Of a stretch of 64,000 bases of DNA, positions 35,971 through 45,491 are shown piece after piece. Origin of the DNA: an uncultured archaeon (lineage in GTDB: Archaea > Thermoproteota > Nitrososphaeria > Nitrososphaerales > Gagatemarchaeaceae); assembly GCA_963817525.1 (NCBI GenBank), contig CAWFOU010000001.1, positions 192,001-256,000 on the forward strand. Direction: 5' to 3'. The position numbers and the translations under genes are program-made. How positions within the stretch are numbered: position 1 is the stretch's first letter; every line of letters starts with the position of its first letter. The notes under the pieces are model-generated. The model ran no database searches. It worked only from the letters and a program-made list of their open reading frames with translations, and had not been told where the DNA came from.

Positions 35971-36162
35971 ATGGGCACCGACGGCTGGCCGTCAGGGCGG
36001 CTCGTGACAGTGATCCTGGTGATGGTCGTCGCCGAGACCGCCTGGGCTCTCTACTGCGCTGAGGCCGACTTCAACCTCTTCGGGTTCTACATCGTCCTCG
36101 TAATAGCGTCTGTCGTCTTCTGGGTCCCAGGGCTGACGGAGAAGCGCGGGACGCGCCTCTAG
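35971..36162 (+). CDS. small membrane protein
   Basis: 63 aa, two TM helices; TTAATAT ~25 nt upstream. Confidence 0.6.
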   Translation: MGTDGWPSGRLVTVILVMVVAETAWALYCAEADFNLFGFYIVLVIASVVFWVPGLTEKRGTRL

Positions 36163-36227
36163 CATCCGGTGCCAAAGCCGCCTAGACCAACAGATAAAGG
36201 CAAGCGGGGCTGCGCGGGGGCCAGTAC

Positions 36228-37106
36228 ATGCCCAGGCCTCCCCCGAAGGGGCTGGCGGCCCTAGGCTCGATTGCCGCAGGGGCCAGCGTCGCCGTCTTCA
36301 ACATGTTCTACTGGATCCAGTACCAGTATTACTTCGCCCGCGACCCGGCCTCTGTCTATTCCTTCTACTTGGCCCAGGCCTTCTCCGTTTTCCTCGTGCT
36401 CCTCGGCTTCTACCTCGCCTTTCGCTACCTTAAGGAGGCCTCCACCGCCTCTCCAATATCGTCGCTCCTCGCGATAATCGGGAGCGCCGTCTCCGACAGC
36501 CGGCTCATGAGGGTGGCCATAGTGGCCACCATCGTCTACGGCCTCCTCTATGCGTTCGCCTCGAGCATAGTGGTCTTCCAGCCCAACGTGGACTTTGCGA
36601 CCGCGTACTCCGCATCGGGCGTCGCTTCCTGGGGCCCGTTCCCGTGCTGCGGGAGCCCGGGCACCTACCCGGAGCTCATCCTCTATCTCTCCCCCGCCCA
36701 TCTGGCCGTGCAGCTCGTCCCTCTCAGCGTGCTGCTCCTCTTCGTCGTCCCCCCGCTGGTGGGCCTGAACCTTTCTATCGCACTCTTCTCCGTCAGGAGG
36801 ACCGTCGCCAAGGTCACCGGGAGGTGGATGGTCGCGTGCGGGGCGGCGGTCGGCCTCTTCACCGCCTGTCCGACCTGCGCCGGCTTCTTCCTCGCCGAGT
36901 CGATCGGAGGGGTCGGGGCCACCGCGTTCGCCGTGGCGCTCGCACCCTACCAGGCCCTGTTCATCGCGGTCAGCATACCGCTTCTGGTCCTCATGCCGTT
37001 CTTCTTCGCGATGCGAGTCAAGAAGACCGGGGTGACGGTCAGCCCTTCGATCCCTCGGGGTGTCGAGGGGACCAACGACCCGTCTCTTGCGCCCGGAAAC
37101 CGTTAA
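36228..37106 (+). CDS. multi-TM membrane protein with CC and CPTC motifs
   Basis: 6-7 TM helices; PCCG and FTACPTCAG. Confidence 0.8.
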   Translation: MPRPPPKGLAALGSIAAGASVAVFNMFYWIQYQYYFARDPASVYSFYLAQAFSVFLVLLGFYLAFRYLKEASTASPISSLLAIIGSAVSDSRLMRVAIVATIVYGLLYAFASSIVVFQPNVDFATAYSASGVASWGPFPCCGSPGTYPELILYLSPAHLAVQLVPLSVLLLFVVPPLVGLNLSIALFSVRRTVAKVTGRWMVACGAAVGLFTACPTCAGFFLAESIGGVGATAFAVALAPYQALFIAVSIPLLVLMPFFFAMRVKKTGVTVSPSIPRGVEGTNDPSLAPGNR

Positions 37107-37150
37107 AAGCAGAGAGAAAGGCGCGCCGAAAGGAGGCATTTTCTTTGAGC

Positions 37151-38008
37151 ATGAGAGACTATTTGGCCCTCACAAAGCCAAAGATTCTCTGGCTCCTCCT
37201 GCTGGTGGCGCTCGCCTCCGAGGTCATCGCCGCGCGGACGCTCCCTCCTGTAGTCAAGCTGGTCGGGCTCTTCCTAGCGGGGACGCTCACCTCGATGGGG
37301 TCGCTCGCGCTCAATAGCTATCTCGAGATGGACGTCGACGCCAAGATGAAGAGGACCCGCAACAGGCCCCTGCCAGCCGCGAGGATCATCCAGCCAGCCA
37401 GGGCTGCCGCCTTCGGGATCTCCCTAGTGGCGCTGGGATTGGTGATATCTTGGTTCACGCTCACTCCTCTCGCGACCCTGTTCATCGGGCTCGGCGCGGT
37501 CGTCTACGTGCAGGTATACACCGTCTGGCTGAAGCCCAGGACCAGCTGGAACATCGTCCTGGGCGGCTTCGCGGGAAGCTGCTGCGCGCTCGCTGGCTGG
37601 TACGCCATCACCTCGGCCGACCCGCTCATCGCCTGGGTCCTCGCCGCGCTCGTCTTTGTCTGGACGCCCAGCCACTTTTGGAGCCTGGCTGTCATCACGG
37701 AAGAGGACTACTCCGCCGCGGGGATCCCGATGCTCCCCTCTGTCGTGGGCGAGAAGAAGGCCGCGAAGTTCATCGTCGCGAACACCCTCCTCCTCATACC
37801 CATCAGCCTCCTCTTCTTCCTGTACCTGGCGGGGGCCGGCGAAATCGTCTACCTCGTGGGCGCGCTCTTCTTCGACCTCCTCCTACTAGCGACCAACATC
37901 AAGCTCCTTGTGACCCCCTCGAAGAGCAACGCCCTCCTCGCGTTCAAGGCCTCGAGCCCCTTCCTCGCGGTCATCTTCATCCTTGCCTGCGTGAGCGTCC
38001 TGCTGTAG
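37151..38008 (+). CDS. ctaB: protoheme IX farnesyltransferase (heme O synthase)
   Basis: YLALTKP, DVDAKMKRTRNRPLP, YTVWLKPRT, WTPSHFWSLA, DYSAAGIPMLP. Confidence 0.95.
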   Translation: MRDYLALTKPKILWLLLLVALASEVIAARTLPPVVKLVGLFLAGTLTSMGSLALNSYLEMDVDAKMKRTRNRPLPAARIIQPARAAAFGISLVALGLVISWFTLTPLATLFIGLGAVVYVQVYTVWLKPRTSWNIVLGGFAGSCCALAGWYAITSADPLIAWVLAALVFVWTPSHFWSLAVITEEDYSAAGIPMLPSVVGEKKAAKFIVANTLLLIPISLLFFLYLAGAGEIVYLVGALFFDLLLLATNIKLLVTPSKSNALLAFKASSPFLAVIFILACVSVLL

Positions 38009-38052
38009 GCTCCAGAAAGTCTTAACTAAGTTATCTCAAGCGGCCCCGCTGC

Positions 38053-38541
38053 TTGAGCGCAGGAAAGACACTAGTCTACGCGACCATCGTCTCGACGTTC
38101 GCCCTCATCGTGTGGGGCGGCTACCTCACAGCGGGGAACTACGGCGGGGGCTGCGGCACACCCAGCAACAACGTGATAAGCAGCGACTGGCCCTACTGCA
38201 ACGGCTCGCTCGCTATCCCGAACCCCTACAATGCCGCGTCTTACGGCGCGTTCATAGAATACGTCCATCGGACCTTGAGCGTCTTCGTCGGTGTGATCCT
38301 GCTCATCACTGTAGCGGTGGTCTCGAGGATGAAGCCCAGGCCGGCGCGCGCCTACAAGGCCCTCGTCTTGGCGGGCGTCCTCCTCCTCATCCAGATCGGC
38401 CTGGGGAACATCGTGGTCAACTCCAACCTCAACGCCGTCTACCTTTCCGTCCACCTGGCTAACGCGACCGCCCTCTTCGGAGTGCTGGTCATCTCCGGCA
38501 TGCTGATCCGTTCCGAAGAGCGTCCAGGCGGATACGTCTAG
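38053..38541 (+). CDS. ctaA: heme A synthase, short archaeal type
   Basis: GGGCG..DWPYCNG, EYVHR, QIGLG, VHLANA. Confidence 0.88.
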   Translation: MSAGKTLVYATIVSTFALIVWGGYLTAGNYGGGCGTPSNNVISSDWPYCNGSLAIPNPYNAASYGAFIEYVHRTLSVFVGVILLITVAVVSRMKPRPARAYKALVLAGVLLLIQIGLGNIVVNSNLNAVYLSVHLANATALFGVLVISGMLIRSEERPGGYV

Positions 38542-38591
38542 CCCCCTCCGGGGAAGAAAGCTAAGAGCGGGCGCCGTTCCGTGGGCTCTCC

Positions 38592-39104
38592 TTGGAGCAT
38601 CGTCAGAGGCTCGTCGCGGACGCCATGCTGGGGAGCCTGGCGAGGAAGCTAAGGATATTCGGGTTCGACACGCTCTACTTTCGGGATGGGGGCGACGACG
38701 CGCTCGTGTCCCTCGCGAAGAGGGAGGGGCGGGCTATCCTCACCTCGGACGCCGCCCTCTTCGAGCTCTCGCGCAGACGGGGCCTCCGCGCGTACCTCGT
38801 CGAGGGGAGGACCGACAGAGAGAGATTGCTCTCCGTGCAGAGGCAGGGGCCGGACATGCCCTTCAGATTGGGAAGGGGGAGCGCCAGCAGGTGCGCCGTC
38901 TGCAACGGCGAGCTGGAGCCCCTCCGGAGACGAGACGCCGCAGCGCTCTCCGTCCCCCCGAAGGCCTTGGCCAGGCACCGCCTCTTCTATCGTTGCAGCG
39001 TCTGCTCGAGGCTCTACTGGCACGGGGGACACTGGGAGCAGCTAAGGCGGCTGTCCTACTCGCTCGGGGCGAAGGACTTAACCCCGGGGCGGGGCCCCGC
39101 TTGA
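38592..39104 (+). CDS. Mut7-C RNase domain protein
   Basis: DAMLGSLARKLRIFGFDT, LTSD, SRCAVCNG, CSVC..YWHGGHW. Confidence 0.92.
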   Translation: MEHRQRLVADAMLGSLARKLRIFGFDTLYFRDGGDDALVSLAKREGRAILTSDAALFELSRRRGLRAYLVEGRTDRERLLSVQRQGPDMPFRLGRGSASRCAVCNGELEPLRRRDAAALSVPPKALARHRLFYRCSVCSRLYWHGGHWEQLRRLSYSLGAKDLTPGRGPA

Positions 39105-39120
39105 GCAGCTGGAGAGGCCA

Positions 39121-40284
39121 TTGAGAGTCTACGTGGCGGCCTTCGGTTCGGGAATGGGTCACGCCTCGAGGATGGCCGCGCTGGCCGAGGAGCTGGTCGC
39201 TCGCGGAGACCAGGTGGCGTTCTCTAGCTCGGGGGAGGTGACGGCCTGGCTGAGGGCCAAAGGCTACCAGTGCAACGACGTGCCTCTCGTGGACGTGGTA
39301 TTCGACGGCTCGGGCGCGTTCTCCGCCCTGGAGACGCTGAAGTACTCCCCGGCGCTCGTGGCAAGGCTCTGCAGCCAGGTTCAGCGCGAGGTTGCGAACA
39401 TCGGCAGGTTCGCGCCGCAGGTCGTCGTCAGCGACTCGATGGTCTCGACGGTGGCCGCGTCGAGGCTCAGGGGCGTGAGGTCGATCGCGATCCTCAACCA
39501 GCTCCGGCTCATCTCCTCGCCCAGGACTCCAAAGACGATCGGCCAGGTGCTTGCGGGGGGGAGCATCACTCTCGCGAACGCCATCTGGGAGTCCTGCGAC
39601 CAGATCCTGGTCCCCGACCTCCCGCCTCCCTACACGATAAGCGAGAGGAACCTCTGGAACGCGGGGAGCGCCTCGTCGAGGGCGCGATACGTCGGGTTCC
39701 TCACCCCCAAACGCGACACGGGCGCAGGAGGGGACGCCCTCCTCGACGAATGGAAGGCCGAGGAGAGGAGGCGCAAGGTCTTCTGGCAGGTCTCGGGCCC
39801 GCTCCCCACGCGCGCCTCCTTCCTCGCCAAGGCGCTCGAGGCCGCGGAGTCGCTGCAGGATGACTTCCTCTTCGTCATCACGGCCGGAGACCCGGGAGGA
39901 GAGACCAGACCGACCCGCGTGCCGGGTGGTTACCTCTATGGGTGGTGCAACCTCACCCGCGCCTTCGTGGACTCGTGCGACGCCGTCGTGTCTCGCGCCG
40001 GCCACGTGAGCCTCTCAGACTACATCCTGCGAGCGAAGCCTTGCGTCCTGGTGCCCATCCAGTCCCAGACCGAGCAGATGGGGAACGCCGACAAGTCGCA
40101 GAGGCTCGGCTTCGCGATCGTCCTGCAGGAGGGCGAGCTCGACCCTTCAAGGGTGCGGCAGGCGCTCTTCGGGCTCTTTGAGGGACGATACGCAACGCGC
40201 GCGAGGGAGCTGAGGGAGGTGGCGGAGGGCTACGACGCCGTCGACGCCGTCATCGGTGCGGTCGGGGCTGCCCGCGCCTCTTGA
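39121..40284 (+). CDS. GT-B glycosyltransferase (family 28 / MJ1255-like)
   Basis: GSGMGHASR, VVVSD, VVSRAGH, QTEQMGNA. Confidence 0.88.
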   Translation: MRVYVAAFGSGMGHASRMAALAEELVARGDQVAFSSSGEVTAWLRAKGYQCNDVPLVDVVFDGSGAFSALETLKYSPALVARLCSQVQREVANIGRFAPQVVVSDSMVSTVAASRLRGVRSIAILNQLRLISSPRTPKTIGQVLAGGSITLANAIWESCDQILVPDLPPPYTISERNLWNAGSASSRARYVGFLTPKRDTGAGGDALLDEWKAEERRRKVFWQVSGPLPTRASFLAKALEAAESLQDDFLFVITAGDPGGETRPTRVPGGYLYGWCNLTRAFVDSCDAVVSRAGHVSLSDYILRAKPCVLVPIQSQTEQMGNADKSQRLGFAIVLQEGELDPSRVRQALFGLFEGRYATRARELREVAEGYDAVDAVIGAVGAARAS

Positions 40285-41269
40285 GCGCGTCGATGACCTC
40301 GCTAGCGTCCGCCTGGACGCCGCCGAACTTTGTCTCCGAGTACTTCGCCCCCGCCTCGAGCCCGCTCAGGGCCATCCCCTCTCTCCCGGGGGCGCTTGCG
40401 GCGCGGCCCACTCCCAGCGAGCGGTACGTCGCCGCGATGTCGGCGTCTTGCACCAGGACGAGCGGGAAGGCTAGGTTCGGGAAGCTCCTGGCGGTGTCGG
40501 CGAGGGAGTCCGGCCTCCCGACTCGCGTACCGGCGAACACCACTTCCTTGTTGTCGCGGAGCCAGCTCCCGATTCGTCCGTACGTCTGGCCTCCCGTGAG
40601 GAGGACCAGCTCCAGGCGCCGCGGGTCCATCCTGAATGACAGCTCGGAGTAGAGCCTCGCGACGGCCCTCAGGGACGGGTCGTCAATCCACGAATGGAGC
40701 AGCCTGAGGGAGTAGCCCGAGAGCGCGGCCATCCACGCCATGGAGGCGCTGCGCTCGCCCCCAGAGACGAGGCAGGAGACCCGGTCCTCGCCCGTTGGGA
40801 AGCCCCCAGGCCCTCCCCGGACCTGCGCGCCGCACGCGCCGCCAGTCCCCTGTATATTCACCCTGAACCTCACGCCCGGCTTCCTCTCGTCCACTCGCGA
40901 CCCTGGGATGGCAGAGAGCAGCTGGGAGTTCCCAGAGAGGAGGGCGTCCCCCGCCGTCTGCTCTGAATCCGCCACGTTCGCCGAGATCTTGAACGTCTTC
41001 CCCTTTGAGACGTAGCGCTTCGCCAGGAGTTCGAGTGTCTTTAGGTAGCCCTCCGGCCCGCTGAAGCGATACCCCACGGCGACCCAGGCGACCCCTGGAA
41101 GCGACCCCAGGCTCCTGGCGACGGCGACGGGGTCGCGAGCGGCCACCACAAGGGTGTCGCCGATTCGGTCGGTCTCTCCCCCGACCGCTGACAGTTTTCC
41201 GGACACCGTCCTCTCAAGGTCCTCGAACTCGCCCGAGCCGGTCCATCCTATCATCGCGATGGCCTTCAT
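40250..41269 (-). CDS. ThiI-like THUMP-domain protein, degenerate
   Basis: THUMP-like region, GPGGFPTG, CLVSGGERSASMAW (compare GLPxG...LLSGGIDS); ATG at 41269. Confidence 0.7.
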   Translation of the reverse strand: MKAIAMIGWTGSGEFEDLERTVSGKLSAVGGETDRIGDTLVVAARDPVAVARSLGSLPGVAWVAVGYRFSGPEGYLKTLELLAKRYVSKGKTFKISANVADSEQTAGDALLSGNSQLLSAIPGSRVDERKPGVRFRVNIQGTGGACGAQVRGGPGGFPTGEDRVSCLVSGGERSASMAWMAALSGYSLRLLHSWIDDPSLRAVARLYSELSFRMDPRRLELVLLTGGQTYGRIGSWLRDNKEVVFAGTRVGRPDSLADTARSFPNLAFPLVLVQDADIAATYRSLGVGRAASAPGREGMALSGLEAGAKYSETKFGGVQADASEVIDALKRRGQPRPHR

Positions 41270-41389
41270 CAGCGAACGACCGCGGCCCGAGGTTTTTAAG
41301 CGGAGCAGCGGCTTGCCAAGTCTTAAAGACGAGGATTGCCCGGAGCGGCTCATCTCGAAGATGACCGGCAATGGAGTGGGAACGCGCGC

Positions 41390-42283
41390 ATGGCGATGAA
41401 GCCCAGCTCCTTCATCGTCCGGATGAAGCCTCTCTTGAAGAACGACCTGGCATACCACGTACTCATCACAAAGTCGATCGACTACTTGTCGACGCAGCAC
41501 ACGATCAAGACCACGAGGCTCCAGCTCAACGAGATTAGGCGCAGGCTCGGCACCGGGCTGTACACCTACGACATTGGGCGGGGGCTAAAGATCGAGTTCG
41601 ACCTATCGCAGAACCTCGACGCCTTCATGTGCGACTACCTGCTGAGGTTCGGCCGCTACGAGAGCGAGGTCGAGTCCGTGCTGTCTCGGCTCATCACCAA
41701 GGACACCACGTTCGTGGACGTCGGCGCCAACATCGGCTACTTTACCGTCATCTTCTCCAGGTCGGCGCGGACCGTCTACGCCTTTGAGCCCGTCCCTGCG
41801 ATCTTCGAGAGGCTGTCGAGGAACCTGAGCATTAACGGCTGCGAGAACGTCCGAGCGCTCCAGCTCGCTGTCTCAAAGGAGAGAGCGACGCTGAGGTTGT
41901 ACGAGTCGAAGATCTCAGACGGCCACGACTCCACCGTTAGGAGGTTCGAGCACGACAGGTCCATCTTGGTGGACGCAGTGAGCCTCGACGAGGCGGTCGA
42001 CCCCTCCGCAAAGGACATCGTCATGAAGGTGGACGTCGAGGGCTCGGAGACGGACGTCCTGATGGGGGCGCTTGGTCTGGTAAGGTCCGGAAGAGTGTCA
42101 GCGATCGTGGTGGAGTGGTCGAGGAGGATCTACCCGAGCGTCGCGAACCTGACGGAGAGGTTCGCGCTGTACTCGGCTATGGGGAGCGTCGAGGTAATCG
42201 ACGACCGGCTCGGGACCTACAAGGTGACGGAGCGACGGCAGGTCCCCGATTTCTGCAATCTCCTCATCCGGGTCGGGCGGTGA
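41390..42283 (+). CDS. FkbM family methyltransferase
   Basis: FVDVGANIGYF, AFEP, MKVDVEGSE. Confidence 0.9.
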   Translation: MAMKPSSFIVRMKPLLKNDLAYHVLITKSIDYLSTQHTIKTTRLQLNEIRRRLGTGLYTYDIGRGLKIEFDLSQNLDAFMCDYLLRFGRYESEVESVLSRLITKDTTFVDVGANIGYFTVIFSRSARTVYAFEPVPAIFERLSRNLSINGCENVRALQLAVSKERATLRLYESKISDGHDSTVRRFEHDRSILVDAVSLDEAVDPSAKDIVMKVDVEGSETDVLMGALGLVRSGRVSAIVVEWSRRIYPSVANLTERFALYSAMGSVEVIDDRLGTYKVTERRQVPDFCNLLIRVGR

Positions 42284-42364
42284 CCGCGCCGGTCGCGCCG
42301 ACGAGCGAAAAACGCGGGCGCATCTCCTATTCTTATAAGTGGGCGGTCAACTCGCGCATCCAGA

Positions 42365-43438
42365 TTGATGCCCTACCGCGCGTCCGGCCAAGAGATCGGG
42401 AGGCTGAAGCTCGTCTCCTACGCCTCGCTCGTAGTTGGAGTGGCGAGCATGCTCTTCGTAGCGGTGCTCGCGGGCCAGCTCAACGCCTTCTACCACCAGA
42501 ACGACGTCCAGGCAAGCACGACCACCACCACGACCAGCTACCAGCCGATAACGGTCTCCGGTAGCCTGATCACTCCTGCCCCCTCGCTCGCCGGCTATCC
42601 AGTGGTAACGGCACAGCAGCCCTTCGGGTCTAGGCTCACCGACATCAACGAGCCTCTCAACGCCAGCGAGCTCGCAGTCATCGACAACGCGTCGCAGTCC
42701 TACTTCGTGACAGCGGCGCAGATGTATCTCAACAAGACCCTCAGCATCCCCATCGGTGCCGCAGTCGGGCCCGCCCCTCTCGAGGTCGTCAACGGAAAGC
42801 CGTCCGTGATCTATCTCGGGGCTATCTCCTGCGTGTACTGCGGAGAAAACCGGTGGGCGATGGCGCTTGCTCTGGGCCAGTTCGGGAGCTTTTCGGAGCT
42901 CTACAAGGGCTACAGCGCCTTCAGCGACGCCAACGTCCCCACGCTCTACTGGGCGCCCGCCGAGTACAACGTTTCGCAGGGCGTCGTCTTTGGAAACTTC
43001 TACACGAGCAATTACGTCAACTTCCTTTCAATCGACTACCAGTCGCCGATAACCGGAGGCTTCGAAATGGGCCCTCTGACCTACTTCCAGCAGGAGGCGA
43101 CCAGCACGATGAGCCCCGCCTATGTCCAAGCTACCAACACCATCATCAAGCTCAACAACTACGAAGGCACTCCCTACACGATATGGGGCAAGTACAGCGT
43201 GCCCGGAGCGGACGCGCAGAACTTCGGGGACGCCTCCTCCAACGCGACGACCTCGCTCCCGATGGCGTCGCTCACGCACGACCAGGTGCTTGCGTTGTTG
43301 GCACATCCTCACACGCCCTTCGGCTGGAACGAGTACGCCGCCGCTGACTTTTACATCTCCCTCCTCTGCGCGAGCATGAGCTCACCCGCACCGGTCTGCT
43401 CTCTGCCCAGCGTCTCCACGATGGTCGCCGACGCGTAG
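42365..43438 (+). CDS. DUF929-like secreted thioredoxin-fold protein
   Basis: N-terminal TM; NGKPSVIYLGAISCVYCGENRWAMALALGQFGSF, VPTL. Confidence 0.8.
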   Translation: MMPYRASGQEIGRLKLVSYASLVVGVASMLFVAVLAGQLNAFYHQNDVQASTTTTTTSYQPITVSGSLITPAPSLAGYPVVTAQQPFGSRLTDINEPLNASELAVIDNASQSYFVTAAQMYLNKTLSIPIGAAVGPAPLEVVNGKPSVIYLGAISCVYCGENRWAMALALGQFGSFSELYKGYSAFSDANVPTLYWAPAEYNVSQGVVFGNFYTSNYVNFLSIDYQSPITGGFEMGPLTYFQQEATSTMSPAYVQATNTIIKLNNYEGTPYTIWGKYSVPGADAQNFGDASSNATTSLPMASLTHDQVLALLAHPHTPFGWNEYAAADFYISLLCASMSSPAPVCSLPSVSTMVADA

Positions 43439-43513
43439 CCCCGCTCACCGGGAGAGCCGGGCCGGCGCGCAAGAAATTTTTAGGGGTGCAACGGGGCCGA
43501 CCTAGAAGAACAC

Positions 43514-43729
43514 TTGGGGCAGCCTCTGTGGCGGAATGCGCTCTTCCTCCTGATGTTCGCGACCTCGTCCCTTTTTGTCGGGGCGGCGTTCGTCTACATG
43601 GCGTCCAAGTCCCCCTTCTTCTGGGGCGGCCTGTTTCTCCCGGGCGTGATTCTGCTCCTGGCGTTCGCGATGGCCGCTCTGCTCTCGATATTCAGCGTCC
43701 TGCGCGGCCCCGTCGGGGCGGCCGGTTAG
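43514..43729 (+). CDS. small membrane protein
   Basis: 71 aa, two TM helices. Confidence 0.55.
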   Translation: MGQPLWRNALFLLMFATSSLFVGAAFVYMASKSPFFWGGLFLPGVILLLAFAMAALLSIFSVLRGPVGAAG

Positions 43730-43737
43730 CGCCTGGC

Positions 43738-44130
43738 TCAGGTCGTGCTAGAGGAGGAAGAGGTGGAGTTGGCCGTGATGTACTTGCAAATGGTCGCCAC
43801 TCCGGCGGGGTAGCCGTCCACGTCTGTCGTGCTTGTGGCCGTCGACGAGACGAACCCGACTTTCGCGGAGACGTCGGTCGTGGTCGTATAGGAGACGGCG
43901 GTCGTCATCGTCTCGGTCACGTTCTCCGTGGAGGTGCCGACGACGGAGTTCGCGCCAAACTCCAGATATTGGAAGACTCCACAGTATATCGTGTTCGTGG
44001 AGACCCCTCGCGTGAGGTAGAACGTCGCGGCCCCGACGATGACGAGAATCAGCACTATCGAAACCAGTATCCGCCCTACATGACGCTTCTTGGGCTTGGC
44101 CTTCTTCGCCGCGTAATCCTTGAGTGCCAT
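43738..44130 (-). CDS. membrane-anchored Thr-rich protein
   Basis: Basic N-terminus, TM helix, Cys pair, T/S-rich. Confidence 0.7.
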   Translation of the reverse strand: MALKDYAAKKAKPKKRHVGRILVSIVLILVIVGAATFYLTRGVSTNTIYCGVFQYLEFGANSVVGTSTENVTETMTTAVSYTTTTDVSAKVGFVSSTATSTTDVDGYPAGVATICKYITANSTSSSSSTT

Positions 44131-44228
44131 CTGCTGGAAGCGTTGTTCGGGGCTGGGTGTCGGTTATTAAGTCTAGAGACGAACGCAAGAAGAAGCTTGA
44201 ATTCCCTCGGTTTCGGGCCGTGAACTGG

Positions 44229-44501
44229 ATGTCAGACAACGCGGCGAGGAGACGGGAGGCGGCCGCCGCCAGGCTGAAGATCGTCGTCCCAGCGTTCTTC
44301 GCAATCGGCTTCCTCTTCTTCTCGGCCATCACCGTCTTCCCGCTCGCCGGGATGCCCACGCCGCCCCTCGACCCGCAGGGAGGTGTCCGACCTCTTCTGG
44401 TATGGCTCGCGGCCGCGTGCGCCTCCGGGGGGCTCTTCTCACTCTTCGGCGGTCTTGTCGTCGCCCTCTCGGCTAGCTCAGACGACGAAGGCGAACGGTA
44501 G
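44229..44501 (+). CDS. small membrane protein
   Basis: ATG at 44229 after TATTAA; two TM helices. Confidence 0.55.
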   Translation: MSDNAARRREAAAARLKIVVPAFFAIGFLFFSAITVFPLAGMPTPPLDPQGGVRPLLVWLAAACASGGLFSLFGGLVVALSASSDDEGER

Positions 44502-44554
44502 CACAAGGCCGGCTTGGAGAGCCGACCGTTGTCAGTCCTTTCGCGTACCTTCTG

Positions 44555-45490
44555 CTATGCGGCGTCTTGGTGCCTGAAGACCAGGAATCCGATCATGAAT
44601 GTGACAACTATCCACACCACCACGGACAAGAACGTGTACTCGTACGTCATCCCGACGGTCTTCCAGACGTGAAGGGCGACTAGGTTGCCGACGCTGTACT
44701 GGCCCTGGCCGAGGCCGGCCCCGTACACTGTCAGCTCGCGGGCAGTCTCTATGGGGTCGAGCAGGACCAGGAAGAGCGCCGCTACCGGGCCTGCCCTCAA
44801 GTTGACCGAGATGACGAGCTGGTCGAGGCTCGAGACGACCGCAAGGAGGAACCAGACCATTATCCCTAGACCCATCGCCGTAGCTTTGCGCTTTGAAAAC
44901 TCGGAGACTATCAGTGCTATGCCCAACATCGCGGCGTTTAGCATGGCGGCGAACGCCATGATCATCACCACCGAGAAGTAGTTGGAGATGCCCGTCGAGT
45001 AGACCACTATCGACGCCGCGCCGAACCCGATGATTATCACCGTGGTCGTCGCGAGCAGCAGGCCCACCGCCCTCCCGAGGAAGAACTCGCCCTTGGTCAC
45101 TGGGTTGGAGAGTAGGTATTGCAGCGTCCCCGACTCGCGCTCGTCCACTATCGAGACCGCGCCCATCGGGAGTGCCAGCAGGGGAATCAGCGGGAAGGTG
45201 ACGGAGAGCAGGTCGGAGAGGTTCTCGGTGAGGTACTCCGGCGGAAGGTTGCCCGAAGTCGCCAAGTAGAGGTCGGGGATGTCGACGGCCAGGAGGAAGA
45301 AGATTATCCCGAACGTCAGGACCCACTTGGTCCTGATCGACTCCTTGTAGGTGAAGCTGAGAATGCCCCAAACGCCCAGGGCGTTCATCTGCCTCCTCGT
45401 CCCGCGGGTCGCTAGGAACAAGGTCGTCAATCCGAAGATTACAACGACCCCGATTAGGCCATAGAGCAGGTCGCCTGTCCCGGCTGACAT
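44555..45490 (-). CDS. ABC-2 / NosY-like permease
   Basis: LIPLLAL, SIVDERESGTLQYLLSNP, LLDPIE. Confidence 0.88.
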   Translation of the reverse strand: MSAGTGDLLYGLIGVVVIFGLTTLFLATRGTRRQMNALGVWGILSFTYKESIRTKWVLTFGIIFFLLAVDIPDLYLATSGNLPPEYLTENLSDLLSVTFPLIPLLALPMGAVSIVDERESGTLQYLLSNPVTKGEFFLGRAVGLLLATTTVIIIGFGAASIVVYSTGISNYFSVVMIMAFAAMLNAAMLGIALIVSEFSKRKATAMGLGIMVWFLLAVVSSLDQLVISVNLRAGPVAALFLVLLDPIETARELTVYGAGLGQGQYSVGNLVALHVWKTVGMTYEYTFLSVVVWIVVTFMIGFLVFRHQDAA

Positions 45491-45491
45491 C

